Of a stretch of 64,000 nt of DNA, positions 36,782-47,852 are shown in pieces (positions within the stretch are counted from its first letter, which is position 1; each line of letters opens with the position of its first letter). Position numbers and translations under genes: made by a program. This stretch comes from Candidatus Hydrogenedentota bacterium (lineage in GTDB: Bacteria > Hydrogenedentota > Hydrogenedentia > Hydrogenedentales > SLHB01): positions 68,718 through 132,717 of the forward strand of contig BTVY01000005.1 of NCBI GenBank assembly GCA_045863335.1, read 5' to 3'. Under the pieces are notes generated by a model. The model made no database searches and was not told the DNA's origin. It was given only the letters and a program-made list of their open reading frames with translations.

Positions 36782-38104
36782 CTAACGAATGCTTCCAAAT
36801 AGACTTCCAATGCCGAGAGCGTCCACTGCCGCGCCGAAGACGTCGGCAAGCTGCGCGTGCCCTTCCGCGTAGTGGTACCGGCCTCCGGTTTCGGAGGCGA
36901 TGCGGCGCAAGTCGCGCGCCGCCGGGGATCCCGAATCGATGCCCAGCCCGATGGTTTCATGCCGAAATGCGATCCCCTTGGATTTCAAAGACGACAACAC
37001 AGCGTTCACGTTTTCGCAGTTGTCATCGCCGTCGGCGAGCAAGATCACGGCGCGCGAGCGATCCGCGGCCTTCGCGTTCCGTTCCATAAAGTTCGCGGCA
37101 TACTCGATCGAGGAGCTGAGCGGGGTGCCACCTCCGGCTTCGATGCCATCGATAAATCGCACAATCGCGCCCCGGTCTGCCGTGAATCCGATGGAGCGAA
37201 TGTCCGGGCTTGCGCAGTCTCCGGTAAAAGTAAGGACCGCGACCTCTGTTTTCCCTAGTCCCACTTGGTCCAATGCAGCTTTTGCGGCGGATTTTGCTGC
37301 GGAAAGTTTTGATCCCTCCATACTGCCGGAGGTGTCGATGAGGAGAAGAAGGGAGGTCTCGATTGAAGATGACTGACTTGCGTGGGAATCCGCGGATGGC
37401 TTCGCGGACGCATCGAATCCAATGAGGTCGGCAACCTTCTTTGGTTCATTCATCTTCTGTTCGGATTGCTGATCTGTGCCCTTGGGCGATTCAGACATCT
37501 TCGCCTTTGAGCTGCCTTGTTTGGCAGAGTCGGTACCGGCGTTCGCCTTGCCGGTCTTGTCACCCCGCCTGGTGGCCTGCAGTTCAATAATCTCAAGGCC
37601 CGAGAGATGGAAGCCCGCGCGAAAGATGTCCTTTGCCAGCTCGGCCGACAGATACTTGCCCGACCTGTCGATGAAGAGCTTGTCCCACGAAGGACTCCCC
37701 GCGACGGTGAGGGAGGCGTACCCTGCGTTGGCCGCCGGAATGATGTCTGGTGAGAACTCGATGAACGCCGTTTGAAAGCCGGTGAGACCCTTGCTGAATA
37801 CCTGGGATCGGAACCGGATGCTTGAGATCGATTCAACCGCTGCGGGTCCGGCATCTGCGGAGTCGGTCCACTTGATGTTGTACTTCTCAGTGGGTTCTTG
37901 CAGGAGCGTGGTGAATTCATACAGGACGCTAATGTTTAGAATCACGTACTCGAGACCGGTCTCGTGATCTGTCCACCAAGCGGGGGCCAACTCCAGTTTG
38001 CCTTTGCCGCCGGGAGGTTGCTGTCCGTGGGCGAGAACGGCGAGCAAGCAGGCGAGTGGTACGATGGTTCTCCGCGCACGGAGCGGCAATAGAACATTCC
38101 ACAT
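36782..38104 (-). CDS. Secreted von Willebrand factor A domain protein
   Basis: MIDAS motif LLIDTSGSM, GGTPL, ILLADGDDNC, LRRIASETGGRY; Ser/Lys-rich linker. Start moved to ATG 38104. Confidence 0.85.
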   Translation of the reverse strand: MWNVLLPLRARRTIVPLACLLAVLAHGQQPPGGKGKLELAPAWWTDHETGLEYVILNISVLYEFTTLLQEPTEKYNIKWTDSADAGPAAVESISSIRFRSQVFSKGLTGFQTAFIEFSPDIIPAANAGYASLTVAGSPSWDKLFIDRSGKYLSAELAKDIFRAGFHLSGLEIIELQATRRGDKTGKANAGTDSAKQGSSKAKMSESPKGTDQQSEQKMNEPKKVADLIGFDASAKPSADSHASQSSSIETSLLLLIDTSGSMEGSKLSAAKSAAKAALDQVGLGKTEVAVLTFTGDCASPDIRSIGFTADRGAIVRFIDGIEAGGGTPLSSSIEYAANFMERNAKAADRSRAVILLADGDDNCENVNAVLSSLKSKGIAFRHETIGLGIDSGSPAARDLRRIASETGGRYHYAEGHAQLADVFGAAVDALGIGSLFGSIR

Positions 38105-38451
38105 CTGTGGTCTCCTTCGGGTGATGCGCACTGACACGGCAACAGACCGCCTCGGGCACATTCCTCTGAAGCGAATAAACAAATCGTCTTTGGTGGAGAA
38201 GGTGAGGATACGGGAGCCAGGTTACCCGTATTCACCGGGAGCGACTATTCGTTTCTAACGTGCACCTCGAAGGCCACACAGTTTACAGCTCACTAAACTA
38301 AGGGCAGCGGCGGAAGTGCGAATTCTTCCAATCCGGGAGTTGCCGCACAAATCAATACCCGAAAACCTCTTGTGTGTCAAGAACTTTCGGCGTTGGACCC
38401 AATTCTGGCTGACCGTACGCGATGTGATTCAGACCATGATGAAGTTGGTTT

Positions 38452-38523
38452 AGCCCGCGTTTCTCACCGCCCTGCAACGCCACCTTCGTGACAATGCATC
38501 AGAAGCGGTGAGAAATCCGGGTT
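38452..38523. repeat. Intergenic inverted repeat
   Basis: AGCCCGCGTTTCTCACCGC ... GCGGTGAGAAATCCGGGTT. Confidence 0.55.
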
Positions 38524-38736
38524 GGGACGAACGTCGCGGGAACTCAACATGGGTTGGCCTTGCGCGGGTGGCCCAAGCACCGAGTTTAGCCACATTTCCG
38601 CGTCCGAAACCACAAAGAGCATCGACACGGACACCGGCTTGCCACTAAGTTTCGAAAATGCGGTTGGAGAACTCGAACGAGTCCACCCAATCGTCCGCAA
38701 TGTGCTACAATTCAATCGCATGAAGGGAGGTTTTCC

Positions 38737-38931
38737 ATGGCAGGCGTTTCATCCATAGCGGCGCTGGGAGCGGGGCTGGAGAGTGCCCGGCTGGCGACGG
38801 AGTACCAGGCGCTGGCCCTGCGTAAGCAAGTAGAGGCCCTGAACCTGCAAGGGGACCTCGCGCTGCAGTTGATTCAGTCGGCGGTCATTACCGACTCCGC
38901 CGTCGGGGCGAATCTTGACGTGACCGCGTAG
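38737..38931 (+). CDS. YjfB-like putative motility protein
   Basis: GGGAGG RBS; ALRKQVEALNLQGDLALQLIQS...VGANLDVTA fits the YjfB pattern. Confidence 0.7.
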   Translation: MAGVSSIAALGAGLESARLATEYQALALRKQVEALNLQGDLALQLIQSAVITDSAVGANLDVTA

Positions 38932-39014
38932 AACCTATCCTGTTCCAATCTGAATACCCCTACCCAATCGCCGTTTCGTCGTGTATCCTCCTTCCACGAT
39001 AGGAGGGATGCTCG

Positions 39015-39836
39015 ATGGACCTTGAATTCATTCTGCGGGTGGCGATCTTTGGTGTTGGGGGCATCATTTTCTACCTCATCTTCAGCCGGCTCAATCTGTC
39101 CACCGGCGGGGCGGCGAAGTCGATCCATAAGAACCTGGAAACCTTGTACGCGGGACTCCATGAGTTTCGCGAGGTTACGCCGCGCGAATTTCCCCACATC
39201 GATCCCGCCTTCTACGACGAATGCGAGCGCTGGCTGGCGGGACACGGATTTCGGAAGCTGGGCGATATCGAAGACGTGACGCTGACGAAGGTGTACCCGA
39301 ATCTACGCACCTTTCTTCGGACCTTCGTGAGCCGGGACGGGTCAGTTGTCGCGGCCTGTTACGATATCAAGCCGAAGGGGTGGATGAGGTTGCTGCAGAT
39401 GTGCCGGGTCGTGCCACAGAATTTCCGCACGCTGGATCTGGAGACGGAGTTTGTGAACGGCGCGTTCCTGCGCACGTCGAACGCGCTTGGTAAGCAGCTC
39501 ATGGACGCGCCGCCTTCGATAAGCCAGAACCTGCTGCCCGACACGACGCCGTATCCCGAACTCCTTCAGGCGCACGTTTCCGCAGTGAATGAATGGCGTC
39601 AGGCCGATGAGGGATTCACGCCGCGTCTACACGCAACGCTTGCCGATGTGCTCGCCATGCAACACCGAGAACAGGACATCACGAACGCCTGGCGCAAAGA
39701 GATCGGGTACGTCACCCCGGAAGAGATGAAGCGAATGGCGGGCAAGGGCGGACAGAAGAATGCCGAACAGGTGATGCGCGAGATTGCGAAGATTAACGAG
39801 AAGCGGCGTCCGGGACCGCCGCCGTTGACCCGGTAA
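39015..39836 (+). CDS. Hypothetical membrane-anchored protein
   Basis: GGAGGG RBS, N-terminal TM, coding-like composition. Confidence 0.7.
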   Translation: MDLEFILRVAIFGVGGIIFYLIFSRLNLSTGGAAKSIHKNLETLYAGLHEFREVTPREFPHIDPAFYDECERWLAGHGFRKLGDIEDVTLTKVYPNLRTFLRTFVSRDGSVVAACYDIKPKGWMRLLQMCRVVPQNFRTLDLETEFVNGAFLRTSNALGKQLMDAPPSISQNLLPDTTPYPELLQAHVSAVNEWRQADEGFTPRLHATLADVLAMQHREQDITNAWRKEIGYVTPEEMKRMAGKGGQKNAEQVMREIAKINEKRRPGPPPLTR

Positions 39837-39927
39837 ACTACATCCGAAATCCGAAAAAGCGGGAAGCACGTGTCTTCGCGTGGAGAGTCTGTCTACACGG
39901 GAACTCGATCTGTGGTAGGCTGATCGT

Positions 39928-40668
<741 letters not shown>

Positions 40669-40683
40669 CAGGCGGCCCGCGCG

Positions 40684-43056
40684 ATGAAAGTACTCGACAC
40701 GAAGCTGATTCGGACCCTCTGGTGGTCGCGCGGCCAATCCATCGCGGTCGCCATGGTTGTGCTGTCAGGCACGGCATGCTACATCGCGATCGCGTCCGCC
40801 CACAGCAATCTCGTCCTGACGCGCGACTCGTACTACGACCAGTACCGCTTCGCCGATTTCGAGATTCAGCTCGAACGGGCGCCGCTCACGGCGCTATTCA
40901 AGATTGAGTCCCTCCCCGGCGTGCGGCAAGCCCGTGGCCGTATTGTCGAAGACGTGAACCTCGATCTCGAAGGGGAAGACGAACCGCGCATCGGGCGCAT
41001 TGTATCCATGCCGAACCACGATGCGGACGTGCTGAACGACATCATCCTCATGGAAGGACGGTACTTCTCGGAAGGCAAGCAGAATGAGGTGATCCTGAGT
41101 CAGCGCTTCGCACAGGAAAACGGATTGACGATCGGCGACTCCATCGAAGCGTCCATCGACAATAAGAAACACTCGCTGCGCGTGATCGGAACGGCCCTTT
41201 CGCCGGAGTATGTGTACACGATCCGGTCTGTGCAGGAATTGGTACCGAACTTCGAACGCTTCGGGATCCTGTGGGTGAAACAAGACTTCGCCGAAACGGC
41301 CCTCGATATGAACGAGGCCTGCAATAACATAGTCGGGTCTGTGGAGAACCCGGAGGATCTGGACGCGCTGCTGGACAAGGCGGAGGACATCCTCGATCCC
41401 TACGGCGTGTTCGCGAAGGTGAAGCGGGAGGATCAAATCTCCAATCGGTTCATTTCGGACGAAATCAAGGGACTGGAGGTTACGGCGAAGATCATCCCGG
41501 GACTGTTTCAAGGGATCGCGGCACTGATCCTGTTGGTGTTGTTGAACCGGATGGTGCGCAAAGAGCGCACCGAGATCGGGTTGTTGAAGGCCTACGGGTA
41601 TTCCAATTTCGCCGTGGCCTTTTATTACATCAAGTACGCGCTGGTCCTCTCGCTCGCCGGTTGTTTTGGCGGCTTCCTGGTTGGCCAATGGCTCGCGGGC
41701 GCCATGATCAAGTTATACGTGGAATTCTACAACTTTCCGATCCTGCGCTCGCGGATCTACCCCGAGGTGCTCGCGCGATCGGTCGCGATCGGAGTCGTAT
41801 TCGCGACGTTCGGCGCGTTGTCGGCAGCGGTGCGAGCGGCGCGGATCCAGCCCGCCGAGTCCATGCGCCCGGAAGCGCCGAAGTATGCGCACCGGACCCT
41901 GTTTGAGCGCGTTCCGCTCCTGTGGCGCAACCTCTCCTTCACGTGGAAGATGATCGCGCGCAACATGTCGCGGAACGCCTTTCGCGCCTCGCTCAACGCC
42001 TTCGGCGTCATGATCTCTTCGGGAATCCTGATCATGGGCTTCTTCATGCTGGACGCGATGGACTATATGCTTCGTTTCCAGTTCGAACAGGTGCAGCGCG
42101 AAGATGTGAAGGTGAACCTCGAAGCCGAGCGCGGCAAGGATGCCCTGTACGAAGCCATGCGCTTCGACCACGTGCGCTACGCGGAACCGCTTCTCCAGTA
42201 TCCTTTCGAAATTAGAAACGATTGGCGCAAGAAGGACGTGGCCATTATCGGCTTGCCGGACGAAGCGCGTTTGCAGAAGCTGATTAACGCCGATGAAGAA
42301 CCCATCCCTGTCGGCGAGGATGGGCTGGTGCTGAGCAAGCGGCTGGCTCAGGACCTTGGCGCGGGCGTGGGTGATGTCGTGCGGGTCAAACCATTGATGG
42401 GCCGCATTGAGAAAGAACGCGATCTCGTCGTGAGCAAGGTCGTCGAACAGTACCTGGGCTCTTCGGCGTACATGAACATCGACGCGCTGAGCCGCGTGCT
42501 GGATGAACCCTTCGCGATGAACGCGGTCTTGTTGTGCACCGACCGGGGCATGGAAGAATCTCTGAACACCCAACTGAAAGACGTGCCCGGCGTGGCGGCG
42601 GTGGAAATCAAGAGCGAGTCCTTGAAAGGGCTGCAGGACACCATCGAACAGAGCGCACAAATCTCCAACTCGATGATGATCGGGTTTGCGGCGATCATCG
42701 CCTTTGCAATCATCTACAACATCACGTCCATTTCCCTGGCGGAGCGGCAGCGCGAACTGGCGTCGCTTCGCGTGCTCGGATTCTCGCGGCAGGAAGTGGG
42801 CCGAATTCTGTATCATGAGAACTTCGCGTTGGGATTCGTGGGGCTAATCCTGGGGATTCCGTTCGGGATCGGTGTGTGCCGGTTGCTTGTGAATGCCTAC
42901 GACAACGAGTTGTACCGGCTTCCCTTTCACATCTCGAACTCGACCTATATTACCGCGACGGTGTGCTCGATCATCTTCGTGGTTATCGCCAATCTCGCCG
43001 TGCGGCACAAGATCAATCGTCTCGACATGGTGGAGGTTCTGAAAGAGCGTGAGTAA
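40684..43056 (+). CDS. FtsX/MacB-type ABC permease (duplicated)
   Basis: Two FtsX modules (ERTEIGLLKAYGYS; ERQRELASLRVLGFS). Confidence 0.92.
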   Translation: MKVLDTKLIRTLWWSRGQSIAVAMVVLSGTACYIAIASAHSNLVLTRDSYYDQYRFADFEIQLERAPLTALFKIESLPGVRQARGRIVEDVNLDLEGEDEPRIGRIVSMPNHDADVLNDIILMEGRYFSEGKQNEVILSQRFAQENGLTIGDSIEASIDNKKHSLRVIGTALSPEYVYTIRSVQELVPNFERFGILWVKQDFAETALDMNEACNNIVGSVENPEDLDALLDKAEDILDPYGVFAKVKREDQISNRFISDEIKGLEVTAKIIPGLFQGIAALILLVLLNRMVRKERTEIGLLKAYGYSNFAVAFYYIKYALVLSLAGCFGGFLVGQWLAGAMIKLYVEFYNFPILRSRIYPEVLARSVAIGVVFATFGALSAAVRAARIQPAESMRPEAPKYAHRTLFERVPLLWRNLSFTWKMIARNMSRNAFRASLNAFGVMISSGILIMGFFMLDAMDYMLRFQFEQVQREDVKVNLEAERGKDALYEAMRFDHVRYAEPLLQYPFEIRNDWRKKDVAIIGLPDEARLQKLINADEEPIPVGEDGLVLSKRLAQDLGAGVGDVVRVKPLMGRIEKERDLVVSKVVEQYLGSSAYMNIDALSRVLDEPFAMNAVLLCTDRGMEESLNTQLKDVPGVAAVEIKSESLKGLQDTIEQSAQISNSMMIGFAAIIAFAIIYNITSISLAERQRELASLRVLGFSRQEVGRILYHENFALGFVGLILGIPFGIGVCRLLVNAYDNELYRLPFHISNSTYITATVCSIIFVVIANLAVRHKINRLDMVEVLKERE

Positions 43057-44383
43057 GTACGTCACAAAACGCCGGATCGCCATTGCTGTGGGGATCGCCA
43101 CCGTGCTTGCGATCGCGTACTTCGCCCTGCATGAAAGCGCGCTGCCGGTGGAGATGGCGCAAGCGGAGACGCGGACCGTGCAGGCGTACATCGCGGAAGA
43201 TGCCAAGACGCGGCTGGACGAGGACATCACGATCGACATGCCCATCAGTGGGACCATACGGAAAATTGCCTTCGACGAGGGCGACACGGTTGCGAAAGGC
43301 GGCTGCGTCGCGACGGTAGACGCCTTCGCGCTGGAACAACGGATCGCCGGCGTCGAGGCGATGATCCAGCAGGCCGAGGCGCGTCTGACGAGCGTCGACG
43401 TGGAAAAACCGAAGCCAGAAGAATTGGCATCCGCCGAGCTGCGCGTGGAACAGGAACTGGATCGGCAGGAGATCGCGCAGAAGGAACTGGCCATCGCCGA
43501 AAACGACCTCGCTGATGCCGAGCGCGAGTACACCCGCGTAAAGGCCTTGCATGAGTCGGGGGCGGTGAGTCAGTCGCAGTTGGACAATGCCGAGCGAGCC
43601 TTCAAGAACGCGCAGGCGAACCTGCAACGCGCGCGGCTGGCCGTGCAGGCCAACCAAAAAGGGCGGGAGATGGCAAACCTCGCGTCGGAACGGTTGCAGG
43701 GGTCGATCGGCGACAACGAGTTCATGCGCCGCGTGTACAACGCGGAGATCGAGAACTTGCAGACGCAACTGGCCCAACTCCAGGATGACCTTGAGAAGGC
43801 GACCATCGAATCGCCCGTGGATGGGGTCATTCTCGAGAAGTTTGTGGAAGACAGCCGCGTGATGGCCGCGGGTTCGCCGCTGCTGCGCATCGGCGACATG
43901 AGCACGATTGAGATCGAATGCGACGTGCTGTCGGAAGAAGTCGGCCGGATCAATGTGGGCGATCCGGTGGAGATTACGGGAAAGGCGTTGAACGACGAAG
44001 TCATTATGGGATCCGTCGAGCGCATCTATCCGGCGGGGTTCAAGAAGATCTCCGCGCTGGGTATCGAGCAGCAGCGCGTGCGCACGATTATCGCATTCGA
44101 CAATGCCGAAGTGGAATTGCGGCCGGGCACGAGCGTGGACGTGCGGATCATTACGGACGAAGCGCCCGGTACCGTGGCTGTGCCTGAAAGGTCGACTTTC
44201 CGCAGCGACGGCGGTTGGGCTATCTTTGTCGTGAAGAATGGCGAAGCGGTACTGACGCCGGTGGAGATCGCGCTGAAGAACGACGATTGGGCCGCCATCG
44301 CTTCCGGCGTGCAGGCAGGCGAAACAGTCGTCGCCGAACCGAAGACCGAGTTGGAAGACGGTATGGCGGTTTCGCCACTGTAA
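43049..44383 (+). CDS. HlyD-family periplasmic adaptor subunit
   Basis: N-terminal TM, lipoyl halves (MPISG, IESPVDG), long coiled coil, SALGIEQQRV. Confidence 0.9.
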   Translation: MSKYVTKRRIAIAVGIATVLAIAYFALHESALPVEMAQAETRTVQAYIAEDAKTRLDEDITIDMPISGTIRKIAFDEGDTVAKGGCVATVDAFALEQRIAGVEAMIQQAEARLTSVDVEKPKPEELASAELRVEQELDRQEIAQKELAIAENDLADAEREYTRVKALHESGAVSQSQLDNAERAFKNAQANLQRARLAVQANQKGREMANLASERLQGSIGDNEFMRRVYNAEIENLQTQLAQLQDDLEKATIESPVDGVILEKFVEDSRVMAAGSPLLRIGDMSTIEIECDVLSEEVGRINVGDPVEITGKALNDEVIMGSVERIYPAGFKKISALGIEQQRVRTIIAFDNAEVELRPGTSVDVRIITDEAPGTVAVPERSTFRSDGGWAIFVVKNGEAVLTPVEIALKNDDWAAIASGVQAGETVVAEPKTELEDGMAVSPL

Positions 44384-44446
44384 TTTGCGGATAGGGTATC
44401 GCCGGGTGCGTGCCCGACGATTACAAAGAAACAAGCGGGGTATATC

Positions 44447-45352
44447 ATGCGCAAACTTTTTGGTCCTCGATCTGGCTTTACGCTGATCGAATTGCTTGTA
44501 GTCATTGCTATCATCGGAATCTTGGCGGCGATCCTGTTGCCAGCCCTGGCGCGGGCGCGCGAGGCGGCACGGCGGGCGTCGTGCCAGAACAACCTCAAAC
44601 AACTCGGCCTCGCTCTGACGATGTACGCCGGGGAGCATCGCGGGTCCTTTCCGCAGCGCCAGGTTTTTAACGTCAACGGCGCGCTCAGTCCGGAAATGAT
44701 GTTCAATGGACCCGCCATGATCCCGGAGTACATCACGGACTACAACGTGATTTGGTGTCCTTCCTGGAGCGCCACATCGACGCTGATGGAGCGGTACGAC
44801 GAAGGCAAGGGTAACGGGGACGGCGTGTTGGAGCCGACGGAGATCGGGCAGGAGCCGTATCATTACACGGGCTGGTTGCTGATGGAAGACGTCAACATCA
44901 TCGGGCCGCTGGCGGGGACGGTCGGCACGGGACCCAATGGGCGATTCGAAGAACCCGAGTACATGAACACGCCGTGGGGCGAACTGGCGCAGGAGAACGT
45001 CGCCACGAACGGCGCCGCGAGCGACGAGGATTTCACGGTGTCGTCCACGTATGCCGGCACGCAGATCGGTGGCGGTGATACCTTCTTCCGGTTACGCGAA
45101 GGTATCGAACGGTTTTTGATGACGGACATCAACAACCCGGCGGGTTCGGCGACCGCTACGAGCGAAGTGCCGCTCATGTGGGACCACGTGTCAACCAAGG
45201 TGATCGACTTTTCGCATGCGCCGGGAGGCGGTAATGTGTTGTACCTGGACGGGCACGTGGAGTTCTTGCGCTATCCGAATGAGAAGTTTCCGTTTACCGT
45301 GGACAGCGCACGGACGCTGGGGCGGTATGGAAAACCGTTTGATGGGTTTTAG
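44447..45352 (+). CDS. DUF1559-type prepilin protein
   Basis: [45 protein letters not shown]; RLREGIERF; [16 protein letters not shown]. Confidence 0.93.
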   Translation: MRKLFGPRSGFTLIELLVVIAIIGILAAILLPALARAREAARRASCQNNLKQLGLALTMYAGEHRGSFPQRQVFNVNGALSPEMMFNGPAMIPEYITDYNVIWCPSWSATSTLMERYDEGKGNGDGVLEPTEIGQEPYHYTGWLLMEDVNIIGPLAGTVGTGPNGRFEEPEYMNTPWGELAQENVATNGAASDEDFTVSSTYAGTQIGGGDTFFRLREGIERFLMTDINNPAGSATATSEVPLMWDHVSTKVIDFSHAPGGGNVLYLDGHVEFLRYPNEKFPFTVDSARTLGRYGKPFDGF

Positions 45353-45354
45353 GG

Positions 45355-45556
45355 AGAACAGGACGTATAGGACAGATAGGACCTATGGGACGGGCCAGGG
45401 CGATCGTCGTCGCGACGAGACAAACGAATTAACGAAATCATCTACCGAAAGGGCCCCTATGCCGGGAGTTCCACCGGCATGTAACGCTTAGTTCTCTACG
45501 CGATCACGTCAATTTCGCAAAAGTCCCATTCGTCTTATTGGTCCTATAGGTCCTAT
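45355..45556. repeat. Inverted clusters of 9-bp periodic ATAGGAC/GTCCTAT repeats
   Basis: AGGACGTATAGGACAGATAGGACCTATGGGAC (~45360-45391) and GTCCCATTCGTCTTATTGGTCCTATAGGTCCTATT (~45523-45557). Confidence 0.7.
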
Positions 45557-46518
45557 TGCCGCTGTTCCGCTCGGCGCAGTCTTCCTGCCTGATAGGCCAG
45601 GCCGCGGGCGTTGATCAGGATATCGGCTTCGAGGCGTTCCATGGCTTTTGCAGTAGGTTCGACGCCGCAGTCGGCGAACTGGCGTCGGGCCTCGGCTTCG
45701 ACCTGGTCGCGGCAGTAGGATTCGAGGGCGTTGCCTTCCCACTGGCTGGCGGCGGCTTCGTGCATGATCCGTTCCATGGCGTCGATGGAGCGCAGCAATT
45801 CTTCGGCGGCGTCCGCGACTTGCTCCACAGCGCCGAAGTGCGTCACGTACACGCGGTCGCAACCCGTTTCGAGTATACGATGGACGGTACGGCGGGCTTC
45901 GACAGGATCGAACTCGGTAGGGGTGCTGGAGCAGGTGATAAGAGGCCGGTGGCCGGTCTGTAAGGCGGGATAGTAGAGACCAAAGCAATCGCCGGCGAAA
46001 ACGCCGTTCGACCCGCTGTCGTATATGCACATGTGGTGCCGGGCATGACCCGGGGTATCGAGAAAACGGAACGTGCGCGCACCGAATTCCAGCATATCGC
46101 CGTCGTGCATGGCGCGCACGCGAGCTTCAGGGATGGGATGGATCTCGCCGAAAAGTTGATCGAACACGGCTTCGCCGTAAACCTGCTTAGCGCTGGTTAC
46201 CAGCCGAGTGGGGTTGATGAGGTGCCGCGCGGCGCGGGGATGGCACAAGACGGTGGCATTGGGGCAACGCGCGAGCAGGGCAGCGGTGCCGCCAGAATGA
46301 TCGAGATGAATATGCGTCACGATAAGGTAGTCGACGCGGTCCGGCGAGACGTTGTGGGATTCGAGCGCGTCCAGCAGGTGCGGCAGGGCGCGCGCAGTAT
46401 TGTTGTCGACGAACGCCGCGCGATCCCCTTCCCGAATGAGGAAGGACGCGGCGATTTCTGGCGCAACGTACTGGCAATCGACGGTATGGACGGAATCCGG
46501 TTGCGGCGTACTCGGCAT
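45553..46518 (-). CDS. MBL-fold metallo-hydrolase
   Basis: THIHLDHSGG, HPRAARHL, TPGHARHH, FAGD, THFG. True start ATG 46518. Confidence 0.9.
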   Translation of the reverse strand: MPSTPQPDSVHTVDCQYVAPEIAASFLIREGDRAAFVDNNTARALPHLLDALESHNVSPDRVDYLIVTHIHLDHSGGTAALLARCPNATVLCHPRAARHLINPTRLVTSAKQVYGEAVFDQLFGEIHPIPEARVRAMHDGDMLEFGARTFRFLDTPGHARHHMCIYDSGSNGVFAGDCFGLYYPALQTGHRPLITCSSTPTEFDPVEARRTVHRILETGCDRVYVTHFGAVEQVADAAEELLRSIDAMERIMHEAAASQWEGNALESYCRDQVEAEARRQFADCGVEPTAKAMERLEADILINARGLAYQAGRLRRAEQRQ

Positions 46519-46595
46519 GAATACTCCCTTGCCTGGTTCGTTTTCGACGGGCCACCCATAGTGACATAGACGCATCACACCCCGCCAGATTTGCC

Positions 46596-46618
46596 GCAGG
46601 CTGGAAGCCTGCACCACA
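46596..46618. repeat. Single REP-like unit
   Basis: GCAGGCTGGAAGCCTGCACCAC. Confidence 0.55.
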
Positions 46619-46680
46619 ACATCGCGATAATGGGCGATCCCAAAATCCCAGGTGACATTCATGTGCGAGGAGAGCCGATC

Positions 46681-47673
46681 ATGATTCAGACCACTGTAGT
46701 GGGCAGTTATCCCGTTCCCGATTGGTTGGCGGCGTTGCCGTCGGAGCAGGCCGTAATCGACGCGACTGCGGTCGTGTTCAAGATCCAGGAGAACGCGGGG
46801 ATCGACGTGGTGGCCGACGGCGAGCTGTACCGGTTCGACGTGAACCATCCCGACACGAACGGGATGATCGACTATTTCGTGCGGCCCCTGGGCAACGTGC
46901 GTTCCGCGATCAGCCGCGCGGACGTGGAGTCGATGCGTTCGGATCCGCAGATGAAATGGCGCGCGAAACCGGCGGGCGTGGTGGAAGGGCCGATCACCGA
47001 AGGCACGCTCGACCTCGTGTCCGATTGCCGGCGCGCGCGGGCGCTGACGCAGTCGAAGATGAAGTTCACATTGACAGGTCCGCACATGCTGTGCAAGACC
47101 CTGCTCGATCATCACTACAAGAACACGCCAGATCTGTGCAACGCCATTGCCGACGTGTTGGCGAAACAGGTGGCGGAATTGGATGCCGACGTGATCCAGG
47201 TGGACGAGGCGAATCTGCCGGGGCATCCGGAAGACGCGTCGTGGGCGCTGGAGGCCATCAATCGCGTGTTGGACGCGGTAAAGACGACCCCGGCGGTGCA
47301 TTTGTGCTTCGGCAACTACGGCGGGCAGACGATTCAGAAGGGTGACTGGGATCACCTTGTCGGGTTTCTGAGCGGACTGCACGCGGATCACGCGCTGTTG
47401 GAAGTGGCGCACCGCGATACGTGGGAGTTGGAGAACCTGGCGAAGGTCGACAAGAAGCTGGGGATCGGCCTGGGCGTGGTAGACATCAAGACGAACGTGG
47501 TCGAGACCCCGGACCAGATCGCGCGGCGGATTGAAGACGCGGAGAAGAAACTCGGCAAGGGGCGGGTGACATACATCAACCCCGACTGCGGGTTCTGGAT
47601 GCTGAAGCGCAGCGTGGCGGACCGGAAGATCCGGGCGTTGGTGGAAGGGCGGGATTTATTTGAGGGGCGGTGA
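46681..47673 (+). CDS. Cobalamin-independent methionine synthase II-like protein (single catalytic barrel)
   Basis: TTVVGSYPVP, DGE, TGPHML, QVDE, zinc ligands HLCFGN, E and NPDCG. Confidence 0.88.
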   Translation: MIQTTVVGSYPVPDWLAALPSEQAVIDATAVVFKIQENAGIDVVADGELYRFDVNHPDTNGMIDYFVRPLGNVRSAISRADVESMRSDPQMKWRAKPAGVVEGPITEGTLDLVSDCRRARALTQSKMKFTLTGPHMLCKTLLDHHYKNTPDLCNAIADVLAKQVAELDADVIQVDEANLPGHPEDASWALEAINRVLDAVKTTPAVHLCFGNYGGQTIQKGDWDHLVGFLSGLHADHALLEVAHRDTWELENLAKVDKKLGIGLGVVDIKTNVVETPDQIARRIEDAEKKLGKGRVTYINPDCGFWMLKRSVADRKIRALVEGRDLFEGR

Positions 47674-47724
47674 GACCAAAACCACGACGTGTTGCGTGGG
47701 TACGTAGTAAGGCTTTTCAAGAGG

Positions 47725-47827
47725 GCCATGGGCAAGATGCCCATGGTATGAGACACGGGCTGGAAGCCCGTGGCACCTCGAACTCAATTGGACGGATCGG
47801 ACCGATTTCGGTCCGATCCGTCCAATT
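47725..47827. repeat. REP units plus perfect palindrome between convergent genes
   Basis: GCCATGGGCAAGATGCCCATGG and CACGGGCTGGAAGCCCGTGGCAC; 20-bp perfect arms AATTGGACGGATCGGACCGA / TCGGTCCGATCCGTCCAATT at 47786-47827. Confidence 0.8.
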
Positions 47828-47852
47828 AATTCTGCGGACTCCTGAACTCGCG

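Noticed and set aside
43013-44863. 616-aa minus-strand ORF and other long antisense ORFs (e.g. 3577..4701, 28659..29798, 57291..58397)
   Set aside because: Shadow ORFs opposite well-supported genes in high-GC DNA.
46519-47412. 619-aa ORF suggesting a fusion with the MBL hydrolase
   Set aside because: The upstream half is antisense to the MetE-like gene; the true start is 46518.
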